Below, in pieces: positions 1 to 12,041 of a DNA stretch of 64,000 bases; position 1 is the stretch's first letter; the number at the start of each line of letters is the position of its first letter. The DNA is from Octopus bimaculoides. Lineage: Eukaryota. A model generated the notes under the pieces. The model did no database searches, was not told the origin of the DNA, and saw nothing but the letters and a program-made list of their open reading frames with translations. Location of the stretch: contig NC_068994.1 of the NCBI RefSeq assembly GCF_001194135.2, positions 20,776,269 through 20,840,268 on the forward strand, in the 5' to 3' direction. Made by a program: the position numbers and the translations under genes.

Positions 1-240
1 AAAAAATAATCAAAGTTATTTCCCTTGAAATGTTACCCGTTTTTGGAGATGTAAATTTTGAAAATTTACTTTTAAGAAATGCAAATATGTGAAAGTAGAA
101 ATTAAAATGGGAATTATCTATTGACAAATTAAGTAACCTGAATGCTTTTCATAGTTCTTGTCTTCTTTGTGTAGCACATAAATCCATTATATAAATACAG
201 TATTATACTTTGTCTCTTGAAGAGGAGACAACAGTTACAG

Positions 241-545
241 TATTATCATTTAACATCTGTTGGACGGTTTGACCATGGTTGGTAAGCTGGGTGGCTGCAC
301 CAGACACGAGTCTGATTTGGCATGGTTTTCCTCGGCTGGATGCCCTTCCTAACGCCAACCACTCCAAGAGTGTTATGGGTGCTTTTACGTTCCACTGGCA
401 CAGGTGCCACCTGCATGATACCACTATCTGCCATGACTGCAATTTTGCTCAGCTTGATGGGTCTTTTTCTCAAGCACGACATAATGCTTCTGTGAGGCCC
501 CACGCTCGAAAGGAACTCAACCACTTTGCCTCTGTGAGGCCCAAA
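241..545 (-). mobile_element. 5'-truncated RTE-clade LINE 3' end (3'UTR with (GAT)n tail)
   Basis: Shares ggatgcccttcctaacgccaaccactc and the ttaac..gatgat tail with 22165-22893, where the same sequence follows an RTE ORF2 C-terminus. Confidence 0.8.
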
Positions 546-550
546 GCCCA

Positions 551-792
551 ATAACTAACAATAATAATCATCCTTTCTACTAAAGACACGAGGCCTGAAA
601 TTTGAGAGGACTAAGGAGATTAGTCAATTACATCAATCCCAGTAATCAACTGGTACTTAATTTATCGACCCCGGAAGGCTGAAAGGCAAAGTTGAATTGG
701 TGGAATTTGAACTCAGAATGTAAGTAAGGATGAATGAAATGCTTCTAAGCATTTTGTCCAGTGTGCTAACAATTCTGCCAGCTCGCCACCTT
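551..792 (-). mobile_element. tRNA-derived SINE, family C (Nin/Deu-like domain), (ATT)n tail
   Basis: Reverse complement of ggcgagctggcagaa...gttcaaattcc...gcctttca.cctt.cggggtcgataaattaagtaccag; many copies in the window. Confidence 0.8.
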
Positions 793-1002
793 AATAATGA
801 TAATAATTATCCTTTCTACTATAGTCACAAGGATTTTTGGGGAGAGGAGGACAATCGATCATGTCAACCCCAGTACTTGACTGGTACTTAATTTATCAAC
901 CGTAAAGGATGAAAGGCAAAGTTGACCTCAGCAGAATTTGTACTTAGAATGTAGTGGCAGATGAAATACCGCTAAGCATTTCTGCCAGTTTGCTGCCTTC
1001 TT
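793..1002 (-). mobile_element. SINE family C
   Basis: Same aaggatgaaaggcaaagttgacctc / ctggtacttaatttatc core, head-to-tail with the previous copy. Confidence 0.8.
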
Positions 1003-1404
1003 AATAATAATAATAATAAGAATAATAATAATAATAATAATAATTTCCTTTATTTGCCACATGGGCGAAGGATGATGTGGATGATACAAAGATTGACATA
1101 AAGTGTGGTGGTTTACATGTGATGAAATGATAAAAAAAAAAGGGTAAGCATACACGGTATACACTGAAAAAGAAGGGACAAATGCATAACATACAAAGGT
1201 TAAAAAAGAAAAAAGTGGCAGGGTGGATGATAAAGATGTAGCCCTCCTGATACAAGAAGGCCACTAGGGTTAATCAAGGAACCCACTGTCCAAGATTTCC
1301 CTGAAACCCCAAAAGCAAATGCCCTCTCCAATTCCTTTTCTCCAATTCACAGGTCTACACTTAGAGAGATAGCATCCACTCTTGCCATTTTTGCAACTTT
1401 CACC

Positions 1405-1642
1405 AATAATAATAATAATAATAATGGTTTCAAGTTTTGCCACAAAGGCAGCCATTTTGGGTGATGGGATAAGTCAATAACATCGACCCCAGTGTTTCAC
1501 TGGTACTTAATTTATCGACCCTGAAAGGATGAAAGGCAAAGTCTACCTCGGTAGAATTTGAACTCAGAACATAGCGACGGGCAAAAGACCGTTATGCATT
1601 TTGCCCAGCTTGCTAATGACTCTGCTAGCTTGCCACCTTCTT
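1405..1642 (-). mobile_element. SINE family C
   Basis: Same core; (AAT)n tail at 1405-1425. Confidence 0.8.
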
Positions 1643-1749
1643 AACAATAATAACAATAATATTAATAATCTATATCTATCTATCTAGCTAAATCTATAGC
1701 TATATATATACCTATATTATATATCTATATATATATCTATATTATAATG

Positions 1750-2100
1750 GAGAAAGCTGGGCCTCACAGAGGCAAAGTGGCTGAGTTCCTTTCGAGTGTG
1801 GGGCCTCACACAGGCAATGACTGAGACGTCTGACATTATGTCGTGTTTGAGAAGAAGACTCATCAAGCTGAGCAAAATTGCAGTTGTGGCAGATAGCGGT
1901 ATCATGCAGATGGCACCTGTGCCAGTGACATGTAAAAGCACCCATAACACTCTTGGAGTGGTTGGCGTTAGGAAGGGCATCCAGCTGTAGAAACTCTGCC
2001 AAATCAGACTGGAGCCTGGTGTTGCCATCCGGTTTCACCAGTCCTCAGTCAAATCGTCCAACCCATGCTAGCATGGAAAGTGGACGTTAAATGATGATGA
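1750..2100 (+). mobile_element. RTE LINE 3' end
   Basis: gggcctcacagaggcaa...ggagtggttggcgttaggaagggcatccagctgtagaaac...ggacgttaaatgatgatga. Confidence 0.85.
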
Positions 2101-2392
2101 AAGCTGCTTATTAAGTAGGTATGTAACAGTTACTAAAAGAAAGCAATTATTAAAGGCTTGACAATCTGGAAATTTATTTTTTTTAAATTCATGCTCCAAG
2201 AAATTTCCTATCATTTCAATTTATGAAATTTATTGAATTTCTGAACTCCAATTTTTCACAAATTTAAATATTCATTGCATTCACTGCGGAGTATTCCGTT
2301 TTCATTTGATAGAGTCTCTCACTCTCTATTTCAATGTTTTCATTTTAAGTTTTAATTTGCTATTTTCAAAACCCACAGTTTATTCTATATAC

Positions 2393-2705
2393 ATCATCAT
2401 CATTCAATATCCATTGTCCATGCTGGCATGGGTTGGACAGTTTGACCAGGGCTGGTAAGCTGGAAGACTGCATCAGATTCCAGTCTGATTTGACGTGGTT
2501 TTCTATGGCTGGATGCCCTTCCTAACACCATCTACTCTATGAGTGTAATGGGTGCTTTTATGTGCCACCAGCATGGGTGTCATTTGCATGACACCAGTAT
2601 CTGCCATGACTGCAATTTTGCCCAACTTGATGAGTCTTCTCAAGCACGACACAATGTCAAAGGGCTTGGTCATTACCTCCGTGAGGCAAAGTGGCTGAGT
2701 TCTTT
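2393..2705 (-). mobile_element. RTE LINE 3' end with short inverted 5' junction
   Basis: catcatcatcattcaat..ccatgctggcatgggttggacag...; homologous to 241-545. Confidence 0.8.
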
Positions 2706-2714
2706 TCTAATAAT

Positions 2715-2718
2715 AAAA

Positions 2719-2757
<39 letters not shown>

Positions 2758-2787
2758 GCAGTAGCAGCAGCAGCAGCAGCAGCAGCT
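2715..2787. repeat. compound (AAT)n(GCA)n microsatellite
   Basis: Directly visible. Confidence 0.95.
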
Positions 2788-3044
2788 TCAATTTTTGGCA
2801 CAAGGCCTACAGTTGGGGAGGGGGAAGTTGATTACATCGACTCCAGTATTTGACCCTTAAAGGACGTAAAGCAAAATTGACCTCTGCAGTAGTTGAACCT
2901 AGAACATAATAATTTTTTTTTCTATTCTAGGCACAAGGCCCGAAATTTTGGGGGAAGCGGGGGGGGGGGCAGTCGATTAGATCAAACCCAGTATGCAACT
3001 GGTACTTAATTTATCGAACCTGAAAGGATGAAAGGCAAAGTCGA
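2785..3044 (-). mobile_element. two partial SINE family C copies (2785-2908, 2915-3044)
   Basis: ggcacaaggcc tail-side motif twice; aaaggatgaaaggcaaagtcga core. Confidence 0.7.
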
Positions 3045-3929
3045 ATAATGAACAGTGAATGAGATGTATACTGCTATCATGGAGTTTCACAATTTGAAGG
3101 TTATCGTACAGAAAGAGTTGTTGGTAGCCTTAAGCAAAACCAAGTAGAGTAGAGGTGGGGAACCATTCAATTTCTACTGAGAATTCATCAAGCTATTTGT
3201 AGAACAAGATAGAGGGTATTGAAAAATAACGAGAGGTTAAGATATGACCAGCTTTTACTAATCATGATGCTGGCTGTCATCAAAGTCTTATACAAGATAA
3301 CCTTGATGATGTGAAGTATGATAACTTTGGTATATCATTACATTATATTGAGATACAGAGAGAAGATTTAAGGAACTAACAAACTGCAAACCAATGTCTG
3401 TTGATTGTTGTCTCTAGCTATAGATTTCTTCAGATTTCTTTCATCAACAAATGTAGGAATGAACTGAAAATCTACTTTTGTATTTATAATATTTATTGAA
3501 TATTGGGGGAACTTTAAGAAGCCCAAGCCCAAGATATTCCCACTCCTCATGGCACACAAATGTACTTTATATAATTCTTGCAAAACTAACATTCATATAT
3601 TCATTTAAGTGAGTTTGTTATGTTTTGGCTTGCCCCACCACACCCTGAGAGATTTAATGTTAAGAATGTCATGTTTCCTTCATTCTCTTCTCCCAACTCT
3701 CTCATACATATTTCCTTTTGTCTCTCACCTCCCTTTTCATTTCTGCCTTTCTTCTTCTAAGAAACTCCTTTCCATTCCCTTGTCTGTATATATACATCTT
3801 TGATAATCTCTTTCTCACTCTCTCTGTCAGACACATAGACCTCATCATGAATGTATGGTATATAGTTACCAGAAATTGTTTTTAAAGGGAAGCATGTGCA
3901 TGTGTATAAAACAATATATTACTCAAGTT

Positions 3930-4115
3930 AAAGGTGGTGAACTTGAAAAAATCGTTAGTACGGCGGACAGAATGCTTAGCAGCATTTCGTTTGTCTTTAC
4001 ATTTTGAGGTCAAATTCCACCGAGGTCAACCTTTCCATTCCTCCTTTTGGGATTGATGTAATCTACTTGTCCCTTCCCCAAAACTGCTGGCCTTTTGCCA
4101 AAATTTGAAATATAT
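3930..4115 (+). mobile_element. SINE family C
   Basis: aaaggtggtgaact..cgttag..aatgcttagc..gtcaaattccaccgaggtcaac..ccaaaatttgaaa. Confidence 0.75.
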
Positions 4116-4253
4116 ATTACGTAAGTCCAACATTACAGTTATTTTTCCCTGTGATATCACTGGTCATTTACACTTGGAAACATCATCATCAAGGTGCGTT
4201 GTCTAGTTCATTATGCTCACTCATCAATATACAAACTCATTAGTGTGTGTGTG

Positions 4254-4625
4254 TGGTGGCGCAATGGCCCAGTGGTTAGGGCAGTGGACTCCCAGTCGTG
4301 GGATTGCTGTTTCGATTCCCAGACTGGGCATTGTGAGTGTTTATTGAGTGAAAACACCTAAAACTCCACAAGGCTCTGGTAGGGGTTGGTGGTGAACCCT
4401 GTTGTACTCTTTGACTACAAGTTTCTCTCACTCTTTCTTCCTGTTTCTGTTGTACCTGTATTTCAAAGGGCCAGCCTTGTCACACACTGTGTCACACTGA
4501 ATTTCCCCAAGAACTACGTTAAGGGTACATGTGTCTGTGGAGTGCTCAGCTGCTTACATGGTTATTTCACAAGCAGGCTGTTCCGTTGATTGGATCACCC
4601 TTGCCATCGTAACTGACGGAGTCCC
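4254..4625 (+). mobile_element. tRNA-derived SINE, family D, full length
   Basis: A-box-like tggcccagtgg and B-box-like gtttcgattcc; co-linear with 62426-62803. Confidence 0.9.
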
Positions 4626-4939
4626 ATGAGTATGTGTGTATAGTTATGCATACATGTGAGATTTTTCTTTTTTGATGCTTTGTTTATTTGTGTGCAAACC
4701 TACTTTCATTGCAATCAGCTTTATTGACTTCATTAACATATTTGACAACAAACATATCATTATTGTGGAACATAATGTGATTGTATAACAAACCTCCCGA
4801 AATTTAAAATCATTAATAAGGATTTACACCATTTTAAATTGCTGCATCAGGATGGAAAATGAGTATAGCAGTTGATTCTTGTTCCTGTTTGTACTTTGCT
4901 AAGGTGATTCCCTGCTGCCACCCTTATGAATTAGGTGGT

Positions 4940-5400
4940 AAAGAAAGAACATACATAAATGGTTGATTGGGCAAAATTTCTCTGACTATGACTTTACTGA
5001 TATTGCTTTACTAGGAGGAATTATAAAATGTTAACAGTCTTGTTAATGATATCAACAGCAAATATTGTCAATGACATCACCTCACTCCCACAAGAATATA
5101 GTGACTGGAAACATGAAATTCTATTGCACTATCCATTCTTTTAAGAATACTCTTGTTCTGAAAATGAGCTTGGCACATTCAATTGAGTTACCTTCACAAA
5201 AGGAGACAAAGTCTGTTATCGTGAAGTGAGCTATTGGTCCAACTAACAAGTGACCACAATAACATGCAAGTCATGTCTCAACTAGTTAGGCTATGTTACA
5301 AGACTTCCTCAACCTGAGCAAGTATTTGTCTTGATTACAGAGTGAGATAGACAAAGATGTTGCTCAAGATGAACTGGAACCTCTGGATAGTGAATGATAT
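4940..5400 (+). pseudogene. very decayed RTE-like RT remnant
   Basis: DYDFTDIALL resembles RTE DLDFADDIALL; xLGYVTRLP resembles WLGHVxRM. Confidence 0.3.
5192..5242 (-). CDS. candidate 51-nt exon (phase 1-1) GPIAHFTITDFVSFCE
   Basis: ttgttag acceptor (weak), AAG|GTAACT donor, open frame; overlaps a putative LINE remnant. Confidence 0.2.
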
Positions 5401-5743
5401 ACATACATGTATGAATGTATGCATGCATGGGCATGGTTGTGTGGTTAAGGAGTCTGCTTACCAACCATATTGGGACACCTTGGAAAAGTATCTGCTACTA
5501 TGGCCCTGTATCAGTCAAAGCCTTGTGAATAGATTTGTATCAAACGCACATACATACACAATATATGTGCTCTGCTTGTTTGCCAGTAGGCTGCAGTTTG
5601 TGCAGTGGAGATGACTCCATCAAAGTGTTGGGTGTTAAAGCATCTGAAAGTTATAGACAGGTGAGACAGTTAATCCCAAGTCCCATTCAGTAATGACTGA
5701 CATCAATGTTTCACCATTTTTGTGACTTATTAGCATCACATAC

Positions 5744-5826
5744 CTGAACCAAACTGAAGGGTGAACTTAGATGCCAGTCCATGATTATATGCAAATAGCA
5801 TGAAAAAAACCATTTGCAGGTATACC
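5744..5826 (-). CDS. candidate 83-nt internal exon of minus-strand gene
   Basis: catcatcag acceptor, CAG|GTATGT donor; two frames open (VYLQMVFFMLFAYNHGLASKFTLQFGS or YTCKWFFSCYLHIIMDWHLSSPFSLVQ). Confidence 0.35.
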
Positions 5827-6239
5827 CTGATGATGCATATGTAAGAATAAATTCAAATATGCATTAGAAACAATGCTGGTGTTGTAAGCATTATCGAACA
5901 CACATCCTTAATGTATGTGCTTTGCCTGTTCACCACTAGGCTGCAAGAATCTATAAATCAGAAAAAATAGGCATACATATATTGCTCTGTAGAGTGGGTA
6001 TATAAATCAAAGTATACAGTATTGCAGCTCAGTTACATCTGATCTTACCAATCAGTTTTGCATTGGATATTAGTCAAATGGAAGATCATCTAATAAAGTA
6101 CACTTGTCAGAGATGGCAGGTTGCCATTTTTCCATGCCTGCCATTTGAGATGAGCATACTTTATCAGGTAAGCATCTATTTACCCAATGTCCAGCACGAA
6201 ACTAATTGGTACGATTGGCTATAATGGATCTATAATATT

Positions 6240-6510
6240 GTATACGTGTGTGTGTGTGTGTGTGTGCGTGCGTCTGCGCACATATGTTTGTGTCTCCTTG
6301 TCTTGACATTGTGTAATATGTAAATGAGTGTCGCTGTCAAACAAACAGTGTCATTCATTTTCAATATTCTGCAAAAACATGTCTAATCTTGCTTGAAAAT
6401 AGCTGAAATTTGGTGACAGGAAGAGCATCCAGCTGCAGAAATTCTGCCTCAACAAACGCCATCCAACCCATGCAAGCATGGAAATGTGTACATTAAAATG
6501 ATGATGATGT
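6240..6510 (+). mobile_element. SINE family B2 tail (RTE-like 3' end)
   Basis: gtgtctccttgtcttgacat...ggaagagcatccagctg..ccatgcaagcatggaaa..aaaatgatgatgatg; matches 38230-38452. Confidence 0.7.
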
Positions 6511-6705
6511 CACACCCAAGCACACACACATATATATAATGTGTGTGTGCATATTTTGAAAGCTGAGTATTCTCTAAGTTTCTTATCACTATGGAAATGA
6601 GAAATTCAGACTAATGCCAGAGGGAAATGTTTCAAATGCATGAACAAATTCTGTTTTGTGTTATAAGTATTTACTTTTTTCTACTGTGTCAACACATGCA
6701 CCAAT

Positions 6706-6736
<31 letters not shown>

Positions 6737-7811
6737 CACTCACACACACGTATGTTCTTCTGATTTTAGTCTTAAAGTTCATCATCAATCAAGAAAGATC
6801 TGGTTTCTAACTCAAACACAAGGCTCTACCATTGAAATTCAGATAATTCCACACGTATATATGTGCAAATGTATCTCCACATATATGTATGCGTATAAAC
6901 ATGCATGTCATTGCATGTATGGATCTATGTGTGTTTTGATCTATGCATGTGTAGATATACTTATGTAAGTCCTCTTTTTTTTTTTTTTTGGTACCTCCTA
7001 AATGCTAAAGTAGAATATGTTTTTATATCTTTCCCAGGTCTGCTGATGGTTTGTAACTGTAATTTCCTAATTAGCTATGTTTCCTCTGGCTTTGTGAAGC
7101 CCAGCTTCTCAGCATTGAGGCAGTTAATTACATGACCAGGTGCTCCAATAATCACAAGTCTAAATCTAAAGTTTTAGTTTGACTGTAGTATCTGCAGGTT
7201 ATTCATTAGTTCAGCATAGATATTTTCTTTTATCTTTAAACATTGTTTAAAGCTCACTTTCTATTCTCTATTCCACATCATTATATCTAGTTTGTTGTTC
7301 CTACCTTTTACAAAGGATCATTCCACCAAATTGTTTTGTATTATCAGAATATACCATCCAAATCACTGTAACTTTTTATATTTTGACTTTCAAGATTATA
7401 TTTTCTACATCTTGCACCATCTAGTGCTTCAAGCACTTTTCAGACAACTGCATATGTTGTGGGTCCAGTGAGTTGTTCTACCTGCATCCTTAACCCATTA
7501 CCTACCAGTGATCTCATATGAGATCACTTAAAAATTACAAATTTCGTAATTATCTGTCAATATTTACACATATCTAACCTTTTTTGCTATATCTACTAGG
7601 TATATTTCTCTGATATTCAAATGAGGTTTGCTAATTTTTCACCCAATATCTCACTTATTTCTATTTAAAATGTTATTTTGAAATGTTATTTTGATCATTC
7701 CAGCATGTTTCTAAGGCTGTTTTATGCTAGAAATCAAAGTTTCATAAAAAAAATTCCAGTTAGTAGAATCATGGGAGGTAATTGGTTAACTGTGTGTGTG
7801 TGTGCACGTCT

Positions 7812-7960
7812 GTATCATCACCATCTTCATTTAGTATCTGTCTTCCATGCTGGCATGGGTTGAGTAGTTTGACAGCAGCTGGTAAGCCAGAGCACTGTGC
7901 TGAGCTCCACTGTCTGCTTTTGCATGGTTTTTACAGCTGGATTCCCTTCCTAACACTTAT
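7812..7960 (-). mobile_element. RTE LINE 3' end fragment
   Basis: ccatgctggcatgggttgag..tttttacagctggattcccttcctaac. Confidence 0.7.
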
Positions 7961-7969
7961 GTATCTATG

Positions 7970-8375
7970 TGTATTTTATCATCATCATCTTATGTGTTGC
8001 ACAGATCTCCAGCACAGCATCTTGTCACATGATTCTTTGTCATCCCCTTCATGAAGTTTAGTGTTCATTACTTCTTCCCATGACTTCTAGTTTCTTCCAC
8101 TTGACACCTTACTCATCCTTCATATGCATCACATATCCAACCCAACTCAATCTTCCCTCTTTCATACTACATCTGATACCTCTTAGATTCAGTTTTACTC
8201 TAAGCTCGTTTTTGTGCTAATGTTCATGAACACTTAACATTTCACATTGAATGGAGATTGCTTGGTTCATTTATTTTCAGCTTTTGCATGTCCTTTGCAT
8301 TCAATATCCATTTCTTGCTACCATACAGCATCGCACTTCATACACAAACATCATACAATCTGCTATTTATAGGGA
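7970..8375 (-). pseudogene. RTE LINE ORF2 C-terminal remnant
   Basis: Minus translation RLYDVCV*SAMLYGSKKWILNAKDMQKL matches the RTE LYxxCVxxAMLYGSETW pattern. Confidence 0.65.
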
Positions 8376-9720
8376 GAGGTAACAGTTAGGTTCTCTTTGC
8401 TCCATTATCACTATGAAAACTATGAACTCGGAACACTCCTTTTTATTGGTAATTTGGTCTCCTAGGTAATGGAAACTTTTAACTATTTTTGTAGAATCAT
8501 CTCAGCATTTGAAAGAATTCATTTTAGGCATGCTCTTAGTGCTAATTAACCTTGCACATTTACTACATATGGAGTTTTTCTTTGTCGGTCAACATGTGAT
8601 TTTATTGCATCCTTGTGCATTCAATTTACTTTGAGTACACTTTCTTACCTAATTATGTTTATAGTTTATATATTCAGTCCATTTTGGCGAACTTTCCTTA
8701 AACCTTATAAATCAAGCATTTCCACATAAAGTCTTGAATTTAAAAAAAAAAGGTGGTTTAATGTTGCACCAAAAATGTCATTGCTTGCATAGCCACCACA
8801 AACTGAAGAAATCTTACTCATACAAACAACAAAATTCTTCTATGTAACTACAACAACATTCTTAATATCTACACTCTCAACAGTATGTGTCTTTCTAAAT
8901 CATTTAGTTTATTGAGCTAAGATCTGTCTCATTGCAGATAACAGTGAAACATTGATTTAGAGGGGTTACTGAAAATCCCTTTAAAAAAGATCCTTGTAAT
9001 ACAGTGTATACATTCAGAGACTTAAAAGATGGTTTACTATATCCCTATCAAGGATGGTTATAATTATAAATTTAACAATTATAAAATCATTTGGTCCATT
9101 ATAGATCATTCATTAATGTTCCCAGAAGTGATCTGTGTCTCAGAGAAGTATAAACCTTCCATTAGAGCTTCTTTGTAATTTTGAACAGATCAGAATTAGT
9201 GAACACTAAGTACATTTTACTGAAGAGTTTCCAACAGCCAACTGGCTGCAATATTTTATTTCATATATACTAGATTTGCCATACCTTGAAAGACGATCAT
9301 GTTATTAAAGAATAACAAAACATTAATTTACTCATCAGCATTAAAATTTCATTATTAATAGTCATTTCACATGTTCACAACATTTTAATAACATTTAACT
9401 ATTATTTTTAGTAGTCAGTAAAATATTGATATAAAGTTGACTAATATTTCGGTGCATTAGCAAATATCTTCCTTAGATATTGTTACACCGCTTCTCTACT
9501 TCAATAATTTGACTCACTGTTAACATGAAATTCAGTTACTAATCAAGCAGCTTCAGTTTCTAATACAATATACATGCTCTACTTTATGATTTATGTATTC
9601 CCCACAGCACACTTGTTTACAAAGTTTTATACATGCACACACAATATATATCATCACCACCACCACCAGCACTGTTTTAACGTTTACTTTTCCATGCTGG
9701 ACACTAAAACAATGATTATA

Positions 9721-9730
9721 NNNNNNNNNN
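9721..9730. other. assembly gap (10 N)
   Basis: N run flanked by TA-rich sequence. Confidence 1.
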
Positions 9731-10151
9731 ATATATTCTGTAATACGTTCCAAATACATCACTCACCTCTTAATTAATGATGAAATTTTCCCACGATAAG
9801 TAATGTAATAGCATTTCTATACCTAACATATTTAGTACCTAAAACACAAAGTATGAATTCCATCCAAGTAGTAACAAGTACTAAATGTATCATGAATATT
9901 GCAAGAAAACCATTATTTAGTGATATTAAAAAAATATTTTGTCTAAGCTACCTTGATATTTTAAAGATATACATGGTAATGTATACCCAGTCTATTTCCA
10001 AGCTAATCAAAATATTAAGAGATTTGGCTAAAAACGCCATATGAATAACAACTTGTTTTTTACTTAGATTAAAATTTTGGCAAAGATACTGTATACTTAG
10101 AGTCTATAAGCTACATATATGTGTATATATGTACATATGTACATGCATATG

Positions 10152-11419
10152 TATTGGGTCATCTCATAAATGATGCAGCTTTTTTATACTTCTTTTATTT
10201 TTCAAAATTAAGATAAACAAAGTTCTTTTTTAATCTAAAATATACTCTCTTTCATTTTCTACAGTGCTCTTCCATCTATCTGGTAGAACTGCAAGGCCCC
10301 TCTTCCCAAATTCACTTGTCCATGAGGAAAAATACTTCTCCATTACTGTTCAGGCTTCATTTACAAAATTCATATTTTTTCCATCCAAATGATTTTGAAG
10401 GCTATGGAATAAATGATAATCAGATAGGGCAATGTTTGGTGAATATGGTGGGTAGGGCATCAGTTCCCATTCAAACTGCACCAGTCTTTGGAATGTCATC
10501 CTCGCTGTATGTAGCCGAGCATTATCCTGATGGAAGAACACCTTTCACCTTGAAACCATAGATGGATGTTTTTCTTCTAGCACTGACTTAAGCCACTCAA
10601 GCTGCTCACATTAGATCTCCTTTGTTATTGTTTGGTTTAGGTTTAAAAGTTCAAAGTGGACTAAACCTTTCATGTCCCACCAAACAGATAACACCTAACT
10701 TGGGTGAAGACCTACTTTAGCCTGATGTTTCTCCTCTCCCTACCCACTGTCTTCGGTGCCTGACATTTTCATAGTTAACCCATTCCTCATCACCAGTTAC
10801 GATTAGGTTCAAAAAAGGTTCATTCATGAGATGTAACAGCAAAGAAGAGTATACATTCACTCTCTGCATGCGATTAGACACAGAAAGTTTGTGAGAAACC
10901 CAATGACCTAATCTGTTGACTTTTCCGGTGCCATGCAGGTGTCAATGAATGGTTGAATGACCAAATCCAAGCTTCTCTGCTAGTTCCTCAACAGTTACGA
11001 TGAGATTTTGTTCCACCAGAGTTTGCTGGACATCCTCGTTGAGCTCTATAGATCTTCCAGGACGAGGCTTGTCTTCTAGGCTGTAGTTTCCAGCTCGGAA
11101 TTTCTGAAACTACTATTGACACTGGCTTACAATTATTGTCCGATCCCCATACACTGCATTAATATTCTTCGCACTTTTCATTTCATTGTTGTCTTTATTG
11201 AACTCATAAAGCAAAATATGCCAAATATGCTCCTTTGTCATTTCCATTATAACTTTGAAAAAATAACTGCACTCTTCAAAGCTTGCACTAAGAATAAGGA
11301 CAAGGTAAAATTACTACCTGCTTTCATAGCAAGTTGATGCAGGTAGTTTATCCCATCCCCCTCTGACTTTTAGTTCATGCAATTGAAAAAAACCGCATTA
11401 TTTATGGGATGACCCAATA
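10152..11419 (-). mobile_element. mariner (Tc1/mariner, D34D) element, near full length, copy 1
   Basis: TIRs TATTGGGTCATC(T/C)CATAAAT at both ends with TA; 1268 bp; extra outer TIR at 11523-11556. Confidence 0.92.
10230..11247 (-). pseudogene. mariner transposase pseudogene
   Basis: HQDNARLH and PYSPNIALSDYHLF motifs (ORF 10350-10541); frame broken by stops/indels. Confidence 0.9.
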
Positions 11420-11925
11420 TGTGTCATTGGCATGGTTGCCTTGTACATGTTACCACAGAATGGTTAAAAGATTATATCTAAAATTCATAATTAAAAAATT
11501 ATATCTAAAATCCATGCAATCGAAAAAAAACGCATTATTTATGGGATGACCTAATACTTTTGTATGTCAATTTATTGTTGGTCATGTTACCATTTGAGAA
11601 TTAAAAAATAAAGACATGAATAAGTTTTATCAGTACAATCTGATAAAACAGAGAGAAAAATATTCATTAGAAAATGAGTTTATCCAATGAAAACTAGGGG
11701 AGAACTATTTATAAAATTATTAAATCTTTGAAGGAAAGGAAAAAAATCTAAAGGTAATATACTAAAGTAGTACAAAGTTGAGGCAGAACAAAATATAGTT
11801 TACACTAACTGCAAAGACATCAATGAAATTAAATGCCAAGATGACCCCAAATAAGATCTGGACTCAATAACAAGAGCAACAAAGCTCAAAAAGATTTTTT
11901 TTTGGAAACACTCCATTGATTAAAA

Positions 11926-12041
11926 TAGTCGTTCTCAACTGGGGTCCATATAAGATTTTGGGAGGGTCCATGCAACAAAATAATAAATTTGGGATGCACA
12001 ATAGTATTTTAAGGGCCCATGAAAAAATTTTGCTTTAGATG
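11926..12041. mobile_element. hAT-type MITE, left part
   Basis: tagtcgttctcaactggggtccat...; homologous to the left end of 49304-50051. Confidence 0.6.

Noticed and set aside
3368-3463. Possible terminal minus exon FIPTFVDERNLKKSIARDNNQQTLVCSLLVP*
   Set aside because: Good ttttcag acceptor, but it fits only the alternative frame of 5744-5826 and adjoins a probable LINE remnant; unsupported.
6078-6168. + frame MEDHLIKYTCQ...ILYQ ending at CAG|GTAAGC
   Set aside because: Isolated donor; its phase does not fit 36633 and there is no other support.
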